The notes beneath the pieces are model-generated. The model worked only from the letters and a program-made list of their open reading frames with translations, ran no database searches and was not told the origin of the DNA. The position numbers and the translations under genes are program-made. This document shows positions 1-11,944 of a DNA stretch of 64,000 nt, piece after piece. The DNA lies in the NCBI GenBank assembly GCA_026416095.1, contig JAOAFV010000004.1:16127-80126 (forward strand), written 5' to 3'. This DNA is from Bacteroidales bacterium. GTDB lineage: Bacteria; Bacteroidota; Bacteroidia; Bacteroidales; GWA2-32-17. How positions within the stretch are numbered: the stretch's first letter is position 1; each line of letters opens with the position of its first letter.

Positions 1-388
1 CAAGTATATGCGATACTCTTAATCGAAATTTTCGCCTTTCATATATTTCTTTGACAAGTTTTTCTTGTGTTTCTTTATCCATTAAATAAGGAGCTGTAAG
101 TTGTCTTTTGTAATTTTGAATTTCTTGTTTAAAATTTGCAGTTGTATCAAAACCTAGTTTTTTTGCTTCAATAACTTTTAATTTAAAATTTATAAATAAC
201 TCAAGGTATTCTCTAATAGATTGTTCCGTTGCTATGGTATCTCTATTGTTTTTGTGATAGATATAATCAAATTCTGACTTTTTAATTTCAATACCATCAA
301 TCTTTAGTAAAACAGGATCGTTTTTTTGAGCAAAAATATTAAAGCAATAAACTATGCCTGTTAATACTAATAAATGCTTTATATTCAT
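1..388 (-). CDS. PpiC/SurA-like periplasmic peptidyl-prolyl isomerase, N-terminal part (runs off left edge)
   Basis: Not in ORF track. Manual translation from ATG at 388: MNIKHLLVLTGIVYCFNIFAQKNDPVLLKIDGIEIKKSEFDYIYHKNN...EYLELFINFKLKVIEAKKLGFDT...RVSHIL. Signal peptide plus the Bacteroidota SurA/PpiC N-terminus; lies directly downstream of guaB. Confidence 0.85.
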   Translation of the reverse strand, partial: MNIKHLLVLTGIVYCFNIFAQKNDPVLLKIDGIEIKKSEFDYIYHKNNRDTIATEQSIREYLELFINFKLKVIEAKKLGFDTTANFKQEIQNYKRQLTAPYLMDKETQEKLVKEIYERRKFRLRVSHIL

Positions 389-400
389 AGTTAAAAATTT

Positions 401-1873
401 TTATTCTCTATAATAATTAGGAGCTTCACTAGTAATAATAACATTATGAGGATGGCTTTCAATTAAACCGGCATTGGTTATTCTTACAAATTTTGCATTA
501 TGAAGGTCCTTAATAGTTTTAGCACCACAATATCCCATACCTGCTCTTACACCACCAACCAACTGAAATAATACTTCCGACAAAGTACCTTTATAAGGCA
601 CACGTCCAGAAATACCTTCTGGTACAAGTTTTTTAATGTCTTCTTCCATATCTTGAAAGTATCTATCTTTAGAGCCTGCTTGCATAGCCTCAAGTGAACC
701 CATACCTCTATAGGTTTTAAACTTCCTACCTTGATAAATTATAGTTTCGCCCGGAGATTCTTCTACTCCTGCAAACAAGCTACCTGCCATCACACAATGA
801 GCTCCTGCTGCAATGGCCTTTACAATATCGCCAGAATACCTTATACCACCATCTGAAATAAGAGGGATATCGGTGCCTTTTAGTGCCTTTGATACATTAT
901 AAATAGCAGTTATTTGAGGAACTCCAACACCAGCAATAACACGAGTTGTACAAATTGAGCCAGGCCCTATACCTACTTTTATTGCATCGGTACCTGCTCT
1001 TATTAAGTCTATAGCAGCCTCTTCTGTTGCAATATTACCTGTAACTACTTGAAGGTCTGGATATTTACTCTTAATTTTCTTTAGCATATTAATTACGTAT
1101 ACAGAATGAGCATGTGCAGTATCGATAACTATAGCATCTACTTGCGATTTTATTAATTCATCTACTCTTTCCATTGTATCTGAAGCAATACCAACCGCAG
1201 CCGCTACTCTCAATCGCCCTTTTTCATCTTTACAAGAATTTGGTCGATCTTTTGCTTTCTGTATATCCTTATAAGTTATAAGTCCTATGAGTTTGCCTTT
1301 TGAGTCAACAACAGGTAACTTTTCTATTCTGTGTTGTTGAAGTATTTCAGCTGCTTCTTCGAGGTCGACAGTTTGAGTTGTGGTAATTAAATTTTCCGAT
1401 GTCATTACTTCGCGAATACGGCGATACATGTTTTTTTCAAAACGTAAATCTCTATTTGTAACAATACCTATAAGTGTTTTATCTTCAGTTACAACAGGTA
1501 TTCCACCAATTTTATATTCCTTCATTATGTTTAATGCATCACCTACAGTATTATCTGGGCCAATGGTAATAGGATCTAAAATCATTCCATTTTCGGCTCG
1601 TTTTACTTTCATAACCTCTTTAGCCTGTTGCTCAATACTCATGTTTTTGTGTATGACACCTATACCCCCTTCTCTGGCAATTGCTATGGCAAGCCTATGA
1701 TCGGTAACAGTATCCATAGCAGCCGAAACAATGGGTATATTCAATGTTATTTCTCTCGTGAAATAAGTTCTTAAATCGGTATCTTTCGGTAATACCTCGC
1801 TATAACCAGGCACTAAAAGCACATCGTCGAACGTTAATGCTTCCTCTACAACTCTTTCGCTTATGAAACCCAT
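401..1873 (-). CDS. guaB: IMP dehydrogenase
   Basis: [14 protein letters not shown] pair, catalytic [17 protein letters not shown]. Start moved to ATG at 1873 (MGFISER), a better fit to the family N-terminus than 1915. Confidence 0.97.
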   Translation of the reverse strand: MGFISERVVEEALTFDDVLLVPGYSEVLPKDTDLRTYFTREITLNIPIVSAAMDTVTDHRLAIAIAREGGIGVIHKNMSIEQQAKEVMKVKRAENGMILDPITIGPDNTVGDALNIMKEYKIGGIPVVTEDKTLIGIVTNRDLRFEKNMYRRIREVMTSENLITTTQTVDLEEAAEILQQHRIEKLPVVDSKGKLIGLITYKDIQKAKDRPNSCKDEKGRLRVAAAVGIASDTMERVDELIKSQVDAIVIDTAHAHSVYVINMLKKIKSKYPDLQVVTGNIATEEAAIDLIRAGTDAIKVGIGPGSICTTRVIAGVGVPQITAIYNVSKALKGTDIPLISDGGIRYSGDIVKAIAAGAHCVMAGSLFAGVEESPGETIIYQGRKFKTYRGMGSLEAMQAGSKDRYFQDMEEDIKKLVPEGISGRVPYKGTLSEVLFQLVGGVRAGMGYCGAKTIKDLHNAKFVRITNAGLIESHPHNVIITSEAPNYYRE

Positions 1874-1970
1874 TTTACTATAAAATTTTCGCAAGATAGT
1901 AAATTTTTTTTTCATATTTGTTATATTTACATGTTATTTTTAGTATTTTTAACACAGCTCATACTTCAAA

Positions 1971-3878
1971 ATGGAAGACTTTAAACAAATATTAAAAAAA
2001 TATTGGGGTTACAATAACTTCAGAGAATTACAAGAAGAAATAATTACTTCAGTATATAATGGCAACGATACTTTAGCCTTACTACCAACCGGCGGTGGTA
2101 AATCTATTACATATCAAGTACCTGCCCTGGCAAAACCAGGAATATGTCTTGTAGTATCGCCATTAATTGCATTAATTAAAGATCAAGTAGAAAATTTACG
2201 CAAACGGCAAATAGAAGCCGAGTACATAATATCAGGCATGACAACAAACGAAATAGTTAATATATTCGATAAAATAGAATTTTCGAAAAAAGTTAAATTT
2301 CTATATGTATCGCCTGAACGATTACAAACACATTTATTCCTTCAAAGAATTGTTAACATTAAAGTTAATTTAATTGCAGTCGACGAAGCTCATTGTATAT
2401 CGCAATGGGGATATGATTTCAGACCATCGTATTTAAAAATTGCAGATATAAGAGAAATATTGAAAGGTGTTCCGGTTTTAGCTGTAACTGCTACAGCCAC
2501 AAAAGAAGTTGTAGACGATATACAAGAAAAATTATTATTCAGAAAAAAAAATGTATTAAAAAAATCGTTTGAAAGAAAAAATTTAATATACACTGTAAAA
2601 TATGTAGACAATAAGCTAAAAGCCTTAATAGATTTTATAACAAAAACCCCTGGCTCGGGAATTGTATACACAAGGAGCAGGAAAAAAACTGTTGAAATAT
2701 ATAATGAATTACGACATTATGTTAGTTGCGACTTTTATCATGCAGGATTATCAATTACAGAAAGAAACCAAAAGCAAGAATCTTGGAAAACAGACAAAAT
2801 TAGAATTATAATTGCTACCAATGCTTTCGGAATGGGTATAGATAAACCAGACGTAAGGTTTGTTGTACATTTTGATGTTCCGGATTGTTTAGAAGAATAC
2901 TTTCAGGAAGCAGGTAGAGCTGGAAGAGACGAAAAAGAAGCTATTGCTCTTTTATTAGTCGATAAAAACGATCGCGACGAATTAGTAAAACGATATGAGC
3001 AATCTTTCCCTTCTATAGATTTTATTCGTACAGTGTACCATGCAATTGGTAGTTATTTACAAGTACCAATCGGTTCAGGACAACATTCTGAACATTTATT
3101 TGATTATGTAAAATTTGCAAGGCACTTTAATTATCCTCTTTTAGAAACATATAATGCTATAAAGTTTTTAGTTCACGAAGGATATTTTGATATCACAGAC
3201 GATATAGATAACCCATCAAGAATTAAATTTATTGTTAATCGCGAAGAATTATACAATTATCAATTACAAAACCCATTTGATGATTTATTTATTAAGGTTT
3301 TGTTAAGAACTTATGCAGGGCTTTTTACAGAATATACAAAAATATCTGAATCAGAACTTTCAAGATTAATTCATATACCCGAAAATATTGTAAAAGAAAC
3401 ACTACATAAGTTAAAAAAACAAGAAATTATTGACTATATTGAGCAAAAACAAGGAACAATACTTACATATCTTGAAAATCGTCTTGATAAAAAAGCCATA
3501 GGTCTTTCACGATGGTACACATTCTTAAAAGAACGTGCAAAAGTAAGAATGGAAGAAATGTTAAATTACGCATACAATAAAAACAAATGTAGAAGTATAA
3601 TTTTATTAAACTATTTTAATGAAGAAACTTCGTACAGATGTGGCAAATGCGATACATGTACCGAACGTAATGAGCTCGACATCTCTTCATACGAATTTGA
3701 TCTAATAATAGAAGAAATTAAATCTTTATGTACTAATAAAAGTGTAGAATTAAACGACATAATTAATTCAATTAAGTTTCAAGATAAAGAAAAAGTTATA
3801 AAAATAATAAGATGGCTACTTGACCACGGCAAGCTTACATATACAAAAACTAATATGTTGAAGTGGGTTACACGATAA
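1971..3878 (+). CDS. recQ: RecQ-family ATP-dependent DNA helicase
   Basis: LPTGGGKS Walker A, DEAHCISQWGYDFRP, ATNAFGMGIDKPDVR, QEAGRAGRD, Zn site CR...CGKCDTC. Confidence 0.93.
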   Translation: MEDFKQILKKYWGYNNFRELQEEIITSVYNGNDTLALLPTGGGKSITYQVPALAKPGICLVVSPLIALIKDQVENLRKRQIEAEYIISGMTTNEIVNIFDKIEFSKKVKFLYVSPERLQTHLFLQRIVNIKVNLIAVDEAHCISQWGYDFRPSYLKIADIREILKGVPVLAVTATATKEVVDDIQEKLLFRKKNVLKKSFERKNLIYTVKYVDNKLKALIDFITKTPGSGIVYTRSRKKTVEIYNELRHYVSCDFYHAGLSITERNQKQESWKTDKIRIIIATNAFGMGIDKPDVRFVVHFDVPDCLEEYFQEAGRAGRDEKEAIALLLVDKNDRDELVKRYEQSFPSIDFIRTVYHAIGSYLQVPIGSGQHSEHLFDYVKFARHFNYPLLETYNAIKFLVHEGYFDITDDIDNPSRIKFIVNREELYNYQLQNPFDDLFIKVLLRTYAGLFTEYTKISESELSRLIHIPENIVKETLHKLKKQEIIDYIEQKQGTILTYLENRLDKKAIGLSRWYTFLKERAKVRMEEMLNYAYNKNKCRSIILLNYFNEETSYRCGKCDTCTERNELDISSYEFDLIIEEIKSLCTNKSVELNDIINSIKFQDKEKVIKIIRWLLDHGKLTYTKTNMLKWVTR

Positions 3879-4035
3879 AAAAAATAATTAAATTAAGCTA
3901 ATTAAATAAATTAACTCTTATTGGTTTTAATTTCAAAATTAATCATTATTAACTTTCAAAAGAATTTTAAATTAAAATTTTGATGTATAAAAATTAATAT
4001 TTTATATTTATTTTTTTATTTAAAGCCAATAAAAT

Positions 4036-4067
4036 AAAAAAGGGCCATCGTTACCGATAGCCCTTTT
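4036..4067 (-). terminator. Rho-independent terminator of groES-groEL (possibly bidirectional with recQ)
   Basis: Minus strand AGGGCTATCG-GTAA-CGATGGCCCT followed by a T-run, ~25 nt after the groEL stop; the plus strand also has a short T-run after the stem. Confidence 0.85.
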
Positions 4068-4088
4068 CCAAGTAAGTTTATTTGTTTA

Positions 4089-5729
<1,641 letters not shown>

Positions 5730-5745
5730 TTAAATGTTAGACAAA

Positions 5746-6033
5746 TTATTTTTCTTCAATTATTGCCAGTATATCAGACTGGCGCATTATAAGATACTTA
5801 ACATTATCTATTGAAACTTCGGTACCTGCGTACTTACCGTATAATACTAAGTCGCCTTCTTTTACCTTCATTTCTTCATCTTTTGTTCCTTCACCTACAG
5901 CAATGATTTTTCCTTTCTGTGGTTTTTCCTGTGCTGTATCAGGAATATATAAACCACTTGCTGTTTTTGTTTCAGCAGCCATTGGTTCAATTATTACCCT
6001 ATCTGCTAATGGCTTTAATGTTACTTTTCCCAT
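5746..6033 (-). CDS. groS: Co-chaperonin GroES
   Basis: [12 protein letters not shown]...[16 protein letters not shown]...YGKYAGTEV. Start set at ATG 6033 (MGKVTLKP). Confidence 0.98.
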   Translation of the reverse strand: MGKVTLKPLADRVIIEPMAAETKTASGLYIPDTAQEKPQKGKIIAVGEGTKDEEMKVKEGDLVLYGKYAGTEVSIDNVKYLIMRQSDILAIIEEK

Positions 6034-6066
6034 ATTCCTATTTTTTTTAGTTGACACCAACTTTTA

Positions 6067-6082
6067 TCTAATTTTATGCCAA
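6067..6082 (-). promoter_or_regulatory. Possible sigma54-type -24/-12 promoter of groES-groEL
   Basis: Minus strand TTGGCATAAAATTAGA: -24 TGGCA intact, correct spacing to the -12 G, but the -12 element is degenerate (TAGA vs TTGC). Confidence 0.4.
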
Positions 6083-6137
6083 ACCTATTTATTTCATAAA
6101 ATATGACAACATTTACACTAAATTAAAATTTATTAAA

Positions 6138-6150
6138 TGTCATATTGTCA
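6138..6150. promoter_or_regulatory. Candidate chaperone-regulon operator TGACA-ATA-TGACA
   Basis: Shares the 10-mer CATATTGTCA with the site upstream of grpE (53267-53276). Confidence 0.5.
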
Positions 6151-6213
6151 TTATATTCATGTTAAATGCGTAAATTATTTAAGTTCTTATTTTATAATAA
6201 AATAAAATATTAT

Positions 6214-6221
6214 TAGTTTTG
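6214..6221 (+). promoter_or_regulatory. Bacteroidota primary-sigma -7 element (TAnnTTTG) for the kdsC operon
   Basis: TAGTTTTG 26 nt before the ATG. Confidence 0.6.
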
Positions 6222-6247
6222 CATTAAGTTTAATTGTTAAAAATTAT

Positions 6248-6763
6248 ATGACTCTTCTAGAGAAAATGAAAAAGATAAAGGCATTTGTATTCGATGTTGA
6301 TGGAGTTTTTTCTCACAATATATACATTAACTCAATAGGGGAACAATGGCGTTCTATGAACACTAAAGATGGTTATGCAATTCAATATGCAATTAAAAAA
6401 AATTATTATATAGCAATAATCACTGGTGCTTACTGCGAAGGAATAAAAATAAGATTTAACGGACTTGGGGTTAAAGATATTTACTTACAAGTACCAAAAA
6501 AAATAATGGCTGTAGAAGATTTTTTAAAAAAGTATAATTTAGATTATTCAGAATTACTGTACATGGGTGACGATATACCCGACTATGAACCAATGCTAAA
6601 AGCAGGAATTGCTTCATGTCCAAGCGATGCTGCCAATGAAATAAAGCAAATTGCTACTTTAATTTCTTCATATAAAGGCGGCGAAGGTTGCGTTAGAGAT
6701 GTTATTGAAAAAGTCTTAAAATCTCAAAATAATTGGTTCGACAAAGATAGTTTTGAATGGTAA
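6248..6763 (+). CDS. kdsC: KdsC/YrbI-family HAD phosphatase (Kdo-8-phosphate phosphatase)
   Basis: FDVDGVF, KDGYAI, YMGDDIPD, GGEGCVRDVIE. Confidence 0.88.
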   Translation: MTLLEKMKKIKAFVFDVDGVFSHNIYINSIGEQWRSMNTKDGYAIQYAIKKNYYIAIITGAYCEGIKIRFNGLGVKDIYLQVPKKIMAVEDFLKKYNLDYSELLYMGDDIPDYEPMLKAGIASCPSDAANEIKQIATLISSYKGGEGCVRDVIEKVLKSQNNWFDKDSFEW

Positions 6764-6767
6764 CAAC

Positions 6768-7712
6768 ATGCTTAAGGATTATTTAAATATTATAAGATAC
6801 AAAAACTTACTCGTTATAATATACACAATGTATATTGTACGATTTGGAATTATGTACCCATATTACCAGTATGCCGGATTAAAATTAATGCTCTCTGAAA
6901 TTTATTTTGCTTTACTTGTACTTTCTGTTGTTCTTATTTCTGCTGCAGGTTATATTACTAACGATTTTTTTGATATAAATACCGATTCTATAAACCATCC
7001 AAACAGTGTTGTTATTGGCGTTAAAATCTCAAAAAAAAGAGCAATGCTTTTATCTAACATTTTCAACTTTATTGGAATATTATTAGGTTTTATATGTTCT
7101 TACCATATAAACTATCCCAAATTCGTTATTATATATTTGTTAATAGTATCAACATTATGGTTATATCCTTGGTTTTTTAAAAAAATGCTATTAATCGGTA
7201 ACATTATAATTTCGGCCCTTGTTGCAATTATACCATTTTTCCCATTTTTATACGAGATTGCTATTACAAATCCTATAATACAAAAGTATCCTACCAAAGA
7301 TATTAATATTGCATTTGCAAATATGTTTCTTTTTGTTGCAGGCTTTAGTTTTTTTGCTTTCTTTTTAACTTTATTGAGAGAGATAATAAAAGATAATGCA
7401 GATTTTTTAGGTGATTACAGTATAAACAGAAGAACCGTTCCGGTAGTATTTGGAATTAAAACTGCAAAGATTATTTCTGTAGTCATAATATTTTTTATAA
7501 TTCTATCATTATTTGCTGCTAATTTTTATTTTTTACGCGATATTACTTCGCTATTATATTTAACTACATTTGTAATTGTTCCTCTTGTAATAATTTCTTA
7601 TAAAATAAAAAAAGCTCAAAATGCAAAAGATTTCTATAAAATAAGCAATATTCTTAAAATAATAATGCTGTTGGGCATTTCGTACGCAATAATTATACCT
7701 TTTAAAGTATGA
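6768..7712 (+). CDS. UbiA-family membrane prenyltransferase (geranylgeranylglyceryl-phosphate geranylgeranyltransferase-like)
   Basis: Asp-rich motifs GYITNDFFDINTD and REIIKDNADFLGD; multiple TM segments. ATG at 6768 preferred to TTG at 6753. Confidence 0.85.
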   Translation: MLKDYLNIIRYKNLLVIIYTMYIVRFGIMYPYYQYAGLKLMLSEIYFALLVLSVVLISAAGYITNDFFDINTDSINHPNSVVIGVKISKKRAMLLSNIFNFIGILLGFICSYHINYPKFVIIYLLIVSTLWLYPWFFKKMLLIGNIIISALVAIIPFFPFLYEIAITNPIIQKYPTKDINIAFANMFLFVAGFSFFAFFLTLLREIIKDNADFLGDYSINRRTVPVVFGIKTAKIISVVIIFFIILSLFAANFYFLRDITSLLYLTTFVIVPLVIISYKIKKAQNAKDFYKISNILKIIMLLGISYAIIIPFKV

Positions 7713-8317
7713 TATCGTTAATAGAAAAAATTAAAAAAAATAATTTTGAGATATTACTTGCTACGAGCTCACCAAGAAGAATTGAGCTTTTTAACAAATT
7801 AACTATACCTTTTAAAGTAATTAATTCCTCACCCATCGACGAAACAATAAATAATAACACCAAAGCACACAAAATTGCATTATTGTTAGCAAAGAAAAAG
7901 GCCCAACCTTATTCTTCTCTTCTAAAAGAAAAAACAATACTGATTACAGCCGATACAATTGTTTGTATAAACAATAAGATAATAGGGAAACCTCATAACA
8001 GAGAGTCAGCCATTAAAATGCTTAAATTACTGTCGAATAAAGTTCATGAAGTTTACACTGGTGTAAATATTAAAACAATAAACCACGAGTATTCCTTTTA
8101 TGAAAAATCACTGGTATACTTTAATAAACTATCTGACGAAGACATTATATATTACGTAGATAATTATGAACCATACGACAAAGCAGGAAGTTACGGTATT
8201 CAAGATTGGATAGGACTAATTGGCATAAAAAAAATAGAAGGTTGTTATTATAATGTTATGGGTTTCCCTGTAAGTAAATTTTTAATTTTCTTAAATAAAA
8301 CAATAGATACATTATGA
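7709..8317 (+). CDS. maf: Maf-family nucleoside triphosphate pyrophosphatase
   Basis: LATSSPRRIEL, ITADTIV, PYDKAGSYGIQ, NVMGFP. Confidence 0.93.
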   Translation: MISLIEKIKKNNFEILLATSSPRRIELFNKLTIPFKVINSSPIDETINNNTKAHKIALLLAKKKAQPYSSLLKEKTILITADTIVCINNKIIGKPHNRESAIKMLKLLSNKVHEVYTGVNIKTINHEYSFYEKSLVYFNKLSDEDIIYYVDNYEPYDKAGSYGIQDWIGLIGIKKIEGCYYNVMGFPVSKFLIFLNKTIDTL

Positions 8318-10443
8318 AAAAAATAATCTTAATTATTATTACTTGTATTCACTATTCAATATCTGCCGACGAAGGTATGTGGCTTTTAACATTAAGCAAA
8401 GAGAAATACGAAGAGCTTAAGAAAAAGGGCTTAAAGTTAACATTATCTGAGATATACAATACAGACAGTGCAAGCATAAAAGACGCTGTTGTATTGTTTG
8501 GTGGGGGATGCACAGGGAGCTTCATTTCTGCAAATGGATTAGTATTAACTAATCATCATTGCGGTTATAGTTATATTCAAAGACATAGTACCATAGAACA
8601 TGACTATTTAACCGATGGCTTTTGGGCAAAAAATTATGCAGAAGAATTAGCTAATCCAGGTTTAACAGTCTCTGTACTTGAATCGATGGAAGATGTTACA
8701 AATAAGGTTTTGCTCAATGTATCTGAAGTAATGACAGAAACAGAAAGAAATATGATTATTAGCAATAATATTAAAAAAATCATAGAAAGCCAAAAGCCTT
8801 CTAAATTTACTAAAATTGATGTTGTAACATTTTTTAATGGAAACGTTTACATGTTAGTAAAATATAAAGTTTTTAAAGATGTTAGGCTTGTAGGTGCTCC
8901 ACCTTCGGCAATTGGAAAATTTGGGGGCGATACCGATAATTGGATTTGGCCTCGACATACTGGCGATTTTGCTTTATTTAGAGTTTATGCTAACAAAAAT
9001 AATGAACCTGCTGAATATAGCCCCGATAATGTACCTTATAAACCTAAAAAATATTTTAAAGTTTCAATCAGTGGCGTTAAAGAAAACGATTTTACAATGG
9101 TTATTGGTTTCCCTGGAAAAACAAATGAATATTGCCCTTCGTATACTATTGAACATGTAATGTCTATTAATCCAATAAGAATTAAGTTAAGAGAATTACG
9201 ACTCGAAATTCTTAAAACAGCAATGGATACAAACAGAGCAATAAAAATAAAATATGCCAGCAAACAAGCATCAATTGCAAATTATTGGAAAAAATGGATT
9301 GGAGAACTCGAAGGCCTTAAATTTTTAAAAGTCGTTGAAAAGAAAAAAGAATTTGAAAAAGAATTTGATGGTTGGGCTAATATTTCTTACACCAACATAG
9401 AAAAATATGGTAATATTTTAAACGATTTTAGAGAAGTATACAAAAATTACACACCTTTAGCAATAAAAGAAAATCTTATTCACGAAGGAATATTTGGCAT
9501 AGAAATATTAACGAAAATTAATTTGTTCGAAAACATTGTTAAATGTAACGATACCGCTGTAAAAACAAATCTAAAAATTGTTCAACAATCTTTAATGGGA
9601 TTTTACAATAACTATATTCCTATAATTGACAAGCAAACATTTATTAAGATATTTTCTTATTTTGCCCAAAATAACTATCTAATAAACGAGATACCTACTA
9701 TTAATAAGTTAAATAGAAAATTTAAAAATTGGGAAGAATGTGCAAACATAATATTCAACAATAGTTACCTTACAAGCCTCCAGAAATTAAAAGAATTAGA
9801 AAAATTTTCTCCTTCTAAAATAAAAAAAATTATAACAAACGACTACCTATTTAAAATATATTCAGAAGTTATTTACTATTTTAACAATTATTTGGCTAGC
9901 CGAATAAAAAAATATAAAACTACAATAGACAGTTTAAACCGCCTATATACTAAGGCACAACTCGAACTCATAGCAAAAGAATTTTACCCCGATGCTAATT
10001 CTACATTAAGAATATCATATGGAAACATAAAAAAATATCAACCACGCGATGGAATAATATATAACTGGTATACAACACTCGACGGAATAATTGAAAAAGA
10101 AGATACAACAATCTTAGATTATGTTGTACCAGAAAAATTAAAAACTCTTTATTATAAAAAAGATTATGGTAAATATGCCCAAAACGATACCTTAACTGTT
10201 TGTTTTATCGCTAATAATCATACAACAGGTGGCAATAGCGGAAGTCCAGTATTAAATGCTTATGGTAATCTTATCGGATGTAACTTCGATAGAACGTGGG
10301 AAAGTACAATGAGCGATTACTACTATAATCCCGATCGATGCAGAAATATTAGTGTAGACATAAGATATGTTTTATTTATAATCGATAAATTTGCAGAAGC
10401 AAAAAATATTTTAAACGAAATAGAAATTGTAGATTATAATTAA
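8314..10443 (+). CDS. S46-family dipeptidyl peptidase, DPP11-like
   Basis: Signal peptide then ADEGMWL, TNHHCG, DNWIWPRHTGDF, TTGGNSGSPV; FDRTWE has Arg at the S1 position as in DPP11. Confidence 0.92.
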   Translation: MKKIILIIITCIHYSISADEGMWLLTLSKEKYEELKKKGLKLTLSEIYNTDSASIKDAVVLFGGGCTGSFISANGLVLTNHHCGYSYIQRHSTIEHDYLTDGFWAKNYAEELANPGLTVSVLESMEDVTNKVLLNVSEVMTETERNMIISNNIKKIIESQKPSKFTKIDVVTFFNGNVYMLVKYKVFKDVRLVGAPPSAIGKFGGDTDNWIWPRHTGDFALFRVYANKNNEPAEYSPDNVPYKPKKYFKVSISGVKENDFTMVIGFPGKTNEYCPSYTIEHVMSINPIRIKLRELRLEILKTAMDTNRAIKIKYASKQASIANYWKKWIGELEGLKFLKVVEKKKEFEKEFDGWANISYTNIEKYGNILNDFREVYKNYTPLAIKENLIHEGIFGIEILTKINLFENIVKCNDTAVKTNLKIVQQSLMGFYNNYIPIIDKQTFIKIFSYFAQNNYLINEIPTINKLNRKFKNWEECANIIFNNSYLTSLQKLKELEKFSPSKIKKIITNDYLFKIYSEVIYYFNNYLASRIKKYKTTIDSLNRLYTKAQLELIAKEFYPDANSTLRISYGNIKKYQPRDGIIYNWYTTLDGIIEKEDTTILDYVVPEKLKTLYYKKDYGKYAQNDTLTVCFIANNHTTGGNSGSPVLNAYGNLIGCNFDRTWESTMSDYYYNPDRCRNISVDIRYVLFIIDKFAEAKNILNEIEIVDYN

Positions 10444-10455
10444 AGTGACATTACT

Positions 10456-11157
10456 ATGCCATTAAGAATAGATATAATAACCGCACTACCTGAGTTATTA
10501 CATAGCTTCATTAACTATTCTATAGTAAAAAAAGCTCAAGAAAAAAAAATTGTTGAAATAAATGTTTTAAATTTAAGAGATTTTTCACCATTAAAACATC
10601 GTAAAATTGACGATTACCCTTACGGTGGAAAAGGTGGAATGGTATTTAGGATAGAACCAGTTTATAATGCAATTACCTATTTAAAATCACAACGAAATTA
10701 CGATGAAATTATATACACAACACCCGATGGAGTCTTATACAATCAAAAAATGGCTATAGAACTAAGTTTAAAGCAAAATCTTATTATTTTATGTGGCCAT
10801 TATAAGGGTGTAGATTTTAGAATAAGAGAGCATTTAATAACCCGCGAAATAAGTATTGGCGACTATGTTTTAACAGGAGGTGAATTACCTGCAGCCGTTA
10901 TTGCCGACAGTATAGTTAGATTATTACCTGGTGCTACAGGCGACGAAACTTCAATTCTGAACGATTCGTTTCAAGATAACTTACTATCGCCACCTGTATA
11001 TACACGTCCTGCTGAATTTATGGGATGGAAAGTGCCGGATATTCTGCTTTCAGGGAATCAAAAAGAAATTGAAGAATGGAAGCTTCAACAAGCAATAGAA
11101 AGAACTAAAAAGTTGAGACCAAATCTTTTAAATACAAGCGACTATGAAAAAGAATAA
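10456..11157 (+). CDS. trmD: tRNA (guanine37-N1)-methyltransferase
   Basis: [38 protein letters not shown]. Confidence 0.97.
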   Translation: MPLRIDIITALPELLHSFINYSIVKKAQEKKIVEINVLNLRDFSPLKHRKIDDYPYGGKGGMVFRIEPVYNAITYLKSQRNYDEIIYTTPDGVLYNQKMAIELSLKQNLIILCGHYKGVDFRIREHLITREISIGDYVLTGGELPAAVIADSIVRLLPGATGDETSILNDSFQDNLLSPPVYTRPAEFMGWKVPDILLSGNQKEIEEWKLQQAIERTKKLRPNLLNTSDYEKE

Positions 11158-11944
11158 TTTTATTTATATTGTTACTATTGCTTTCATGGTAATTGCATGC
11201 TACAAAGTTCCATTAACAAACCGCTATCAAATAAGATTATTACCCGATGTTTTTGTTACAACCCTTTCTCTCGAAGCTTACGAGGAATTTATTAAAGAAA
11301 ATAAAGTTGTACCAACCTCCGACATTAGACATCAAAGGGTACAAAATGTTGGCATAAAACTCGTAAATGCCGCAAACGAAATATTTGGAAAAACTAAATA
11401 CGCATTTAGAATTAAAGATTTTTCATGGGATTTTAAAGTAGTAGAAAAAAACACTGCTAATGCTTTTTGTTTACCAGGAGGAAAAATAGTATTTTTTAGC
11501 GGTATTTTGCCTATTGCACAAGATGACGATGGAATAGCAGTTGTAATGGGGCATGAAATAGCACATGCTATTGCACGCCATGGTAATGAGCGTCTTAGTC
11601 AACAGCTTTTGATTGTTCTAGGTGAAACAAGTTTAGAAATAGCTATGAAAAACAAACCAAAAGAAACCAGAGAAATTTTTAAATCTTTATATGGCATCAG
11701 CAGCACATTGGGAGCTCTTGCATATTCGCGTAAACATGAATACGAAGCCGATAAAATAGGCCTAATAATAATGGCAAAGGCAGGTTATAATCCTCAAAAA
11801 GCTATTGAATTCTGGGAAAGAATGAAAAATCAATCAAAAGGAAATATTATGCCTGAATGGCTAAGTACTCACCCCTCAGACGAAAATAGAATTAAAGCTT
11901 TAAAAAAATTTTTACCTGAAGCAATGAAATACTATAAACCCTAA
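11144..11944 (+). CDS. M48-family Zn metallopeptidase lipoprotein
   Basis: Lipobox-like [30 protein letters not shown]. Confidence 0.92.
   Translation: MKKNNFIYIVTIAFMVIACYKVPLTNRYQIRLLPDVFVTTLSLEAYEEFIKENKVVPTSDIRHQRVQNVGIKLVNAANEIFGKTKYAFRIKDFSWDFKVVEKNTANAFCLPGGKIVFFSGILPIAQDDDGIAVVMGHEIAHAIARHGNERLSQQLLIVLGETSLEIAMKNKPKETREIFKSLYGISSTLGALAYSRKHEYEADKIGLIIMAKAGYNPQKAIEFWERMKNQSKGNIMPEWLSTHPSDENRIKALKKFLPEAMKYYKP

Noticed and set aside
6034..6247. CIRCE or CtsR box upstream of groES
   Set aside because: No TTAGCACTC-N9-GAGTGCTAA; the TGTCA repeats have an 8-bp period, not the 10-bp period of CtsR heptads.
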